A program made the translations under genes and the position numbers. A DNA stretch of 64,000 nt from Geosiphon pyriformis uo1 (taxonomy: Eukaryota; Fungi; Glomeromycota). The stretch spans positions 26,820 through 90,819 of the forward strand of contig JAAOMT010000460.1 in NCBI GenBank assembly GCA_016748015.1, given 5' to 3'. Below the pieces are notes generated by a model. That model did no database searches. It worked only from the letters and a program-made list of their open reading frames with translations, and was not told where the DNA came from. Shown here piece after piece: positions 61,801 through 64,000 of this stretch; within the stretch, counting starts at the first letter, position 1, and every line of letters starts with the position of its first letter.

Positions 61801-63020
61801 TAAAAGTTTTAATCCAACTGTAGAATTTTAAGTACAAATAACAGATTCTTAGTAAAAAGAAACCTAATTTCAATAATGCATCTATAACACTTTTTGCCTC
61901 TTACCTCCAACTAATGATCAATAATGAAGGCTGTCAATTTGATCCTCTGTATACTTGTATAATTACGTAGAAGATAGCACAATGTCATGTTGTCAAGCCT
62001 CCCAAACACAGCAACACCTATATTAATTGGAATATTGATATAAAATACTTTGCACAATGTCAGAGATATCAGAGTAAAAATCAACTGCAGTTTTTTAAAA
62101 AATGTCCTAATCATTATAAGTCATAAAATTTGATATGTAATATATATAGGCATGCAATGGCTTCCAAATTAATATGGCCATATGTTGTTTCTAAGAAAAA
62201 TTCATCTGTTGAAAGTTACTTAGAATGGGCCCAAAATAAAACAGATCCCATGTTTAGATTAAAGTATGAACAAGTCTTTTTTTATTTACAAGCAATTATT
62301 AACTTTTGCATTGGAGTTTGTTTCAATAGGTTTTCATTAAAACTTATGGCTAGACAAATGTTTGCACCAATTTGGTTTACTCGGCACCATCTTATTTACC
62401 AATTAATTGAAATTGCTGATGAAGAATAATAGTTATAATTGAAGCCTAAAGTTTGCAAGCTGATTCAAGAAAGAATTGTAATTTCTTGATCTAAATTTTC
62501 AAATCAACATCAAAGCCATGATGCAATACTTGAAAAATTTAACAAAACACTCAAATCATTAATTTTTTCTACACCTTTACAATGGCATTGGGAAATTGCA
62601 GTGCATAACTGTATCAAATTTGAGAGATTGTGTACTAATCTCTTTAATGTCATCAAATATTCTAAAAGTGAAATATACAGGTCTTGTACACGTCCTAGCT
62701 TTATTACTAAATTAAATCAATTTCGAGTTCAGATAAGAAAAACACAGTTTGTAAATCCAAATGTTTTTAATCATATTTTTCATGATATTGGCCATGAATG
62801 AATATTAAGCAAAGAAATGAAAAAATTCAGTAAAATTACACAAATGAAAAGAATAGACTTTTTTAAAGCAAGACAAATTAAGAAAACATTGTTAAGTACT
62901 TGGAAACCAATTTCAGTAACAAATGAAGAAGCAGATTATCAAAAAATATAAATCTGTTAATAAAATCACAACTATTATCTATTATTAACTCTTTAATACC
63001 TCTTTTAAGTGATCATGTTT
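61801..63020 (+). pseudogene. Fragment of an uncharacterised repetitive protein, possibly transposase-like
   Basis: Mostly one frame: NWNIDIKYFAQCQ...ICNIYRHAMA...YLQAIINF...HHLIYQLIE...NQHQSHDAILEKFNKTLK, with transition-type stops. The family assignment is tentative. Confidence 0.45.
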
Positions 63021-63431
63021 TCAAAGCTTATCAAGTTAATCATGTGACAGCCTAATAAATATCTTTTAAGAAGTTAGAAATATATTGTATTGTGTACAGT
63101 TTTGTTTATGTTAGATTGGGTACATTATCATTTATAATTGGTATTTTTAAAACATAATATGTTGATTCTAGGTCCGAATCTCCATTCTGCATGATTATGT
63201 TTGGATTATGAAAAACATTCAACACAGATTTATTTGCCCCAAAAAAGGTGATTTTTAATATATCTTTAAAACTATCAGTCAAACTTTTGCTTGCTAATAC
63301 TAAATATTGGTTGAATAATGAATATGATTGCTAGTATGGAGCTCTTTTTTAATTGTGGATACCAAAGTTGGTGTAAAAATGTATTTATTAGATATATATC
63401 AGAATTTTTATGTTCTGAGTTTTATTACTGA

Positions 63432-63932
63432 TCACATTTCTCTTCCTAAGAAAAGGTAAATTTGAACTCTGTTTCTAGTTAATTTGCTTGAGCAATGTCC
63501 CATTAACAAACTTGTTCCCAGAAGATCCCATTGGGCCATTATTCTTATTTGTAGGTCTGTTAATTTCTTCTCCCAATACAGAAAAAAAATGATCTTGTTA
63601 GCCAAAGTTTGATCTAAAGTAACTTTATTAATATTCGCAGCAACAGTCTCCAAAGCACTACCAGTCTCTGAAGTACCACCAATCTTCAAAGCACTAAGAG
63701 CAATAGTACTGTACTATATGTCAACTATTATTAAAACTTTCATAATACCCACAAACAACAAACTAAATATAATAGTTTCATTATTGTCTTCTAATGATGG
63801 TGGTGGCTTATAAAGAAAAAGAGTAATTGAATATTGTAATATTTCAGAAATTTTGTTTAGTGTTCTACAATTGTTTCCAGAAACTTCTCTAATTTTTTTT
63901 ATTATCATAAAAAGAATAATTTCTATTGACAA
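63432..63932 (-). pseudogene. Hypothetical protein fragment
   Basis: Track ORFs 63714-63932 and 63432-63689 are in the same frame, separated by one stop. No family recognised. Confidence 0.3.
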
Positions 63933-64000
63933 ATCGAGAAATTTTCCTAATTATACATGTCTAATTAAATATAAGATAACATCTAATGTTCATATCTAAT

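Noticed and set aside
61814-61822. CAACTG|TA as the right pogo TIR
   Set aside because: Only CAGT matches the left end. It lies within the neighbouring plus-strand reading frame, and D sequence does not resume after it.

Overview
Eukaryotic, very AT-rich scaffold with two N-gaps, most consistent with a Glomeromycotina fungus. The TE proteins recall Geosiphon pyriformis-type repeats, but this is recollection and was not checked by a search. Bases 1-12.4 kb are microsatellite-rich, CpG-retaining, gene-poor DNA with one intact Sel1-repeat gene (11284-11982). From about 12.4 kb to the end is a CpG-depleted transposon graveyard dominated by C>T/G>A changes. It contains: (i) two full-length, poly(A)-tailed non-LTR elements that encode only ORF1 and share a covarying 3' stem-loop (TSD exact for copy 1, one mismatch for copy 2); (ii) a nested set of Ty3/Gypsy elements, in which old copy C (minus) contains A (plus), A contains B (minus), and a solo LTR and element D are also inserted in C; (iii) a pogo/Tigger transposon inserted in D; (iv) a clean 1209-bp inversion across the A/B junction. 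The main candidate novelty is the architecture shared by the Gypsy families, reconstructed by eye. A Met-free N-terminal Gag extension apparently starts at GUG. A single Gag-PR-Cys-rich-dUTPase-RT-RNaseH frame stops right after RNase H, and integrase is a separate ORF with its own ATG. A third conserved non-env ORF runs up to or through the PPT, and the LTRs carry family-specific phased palindromic arrays. All TE copies are pseudogenised.
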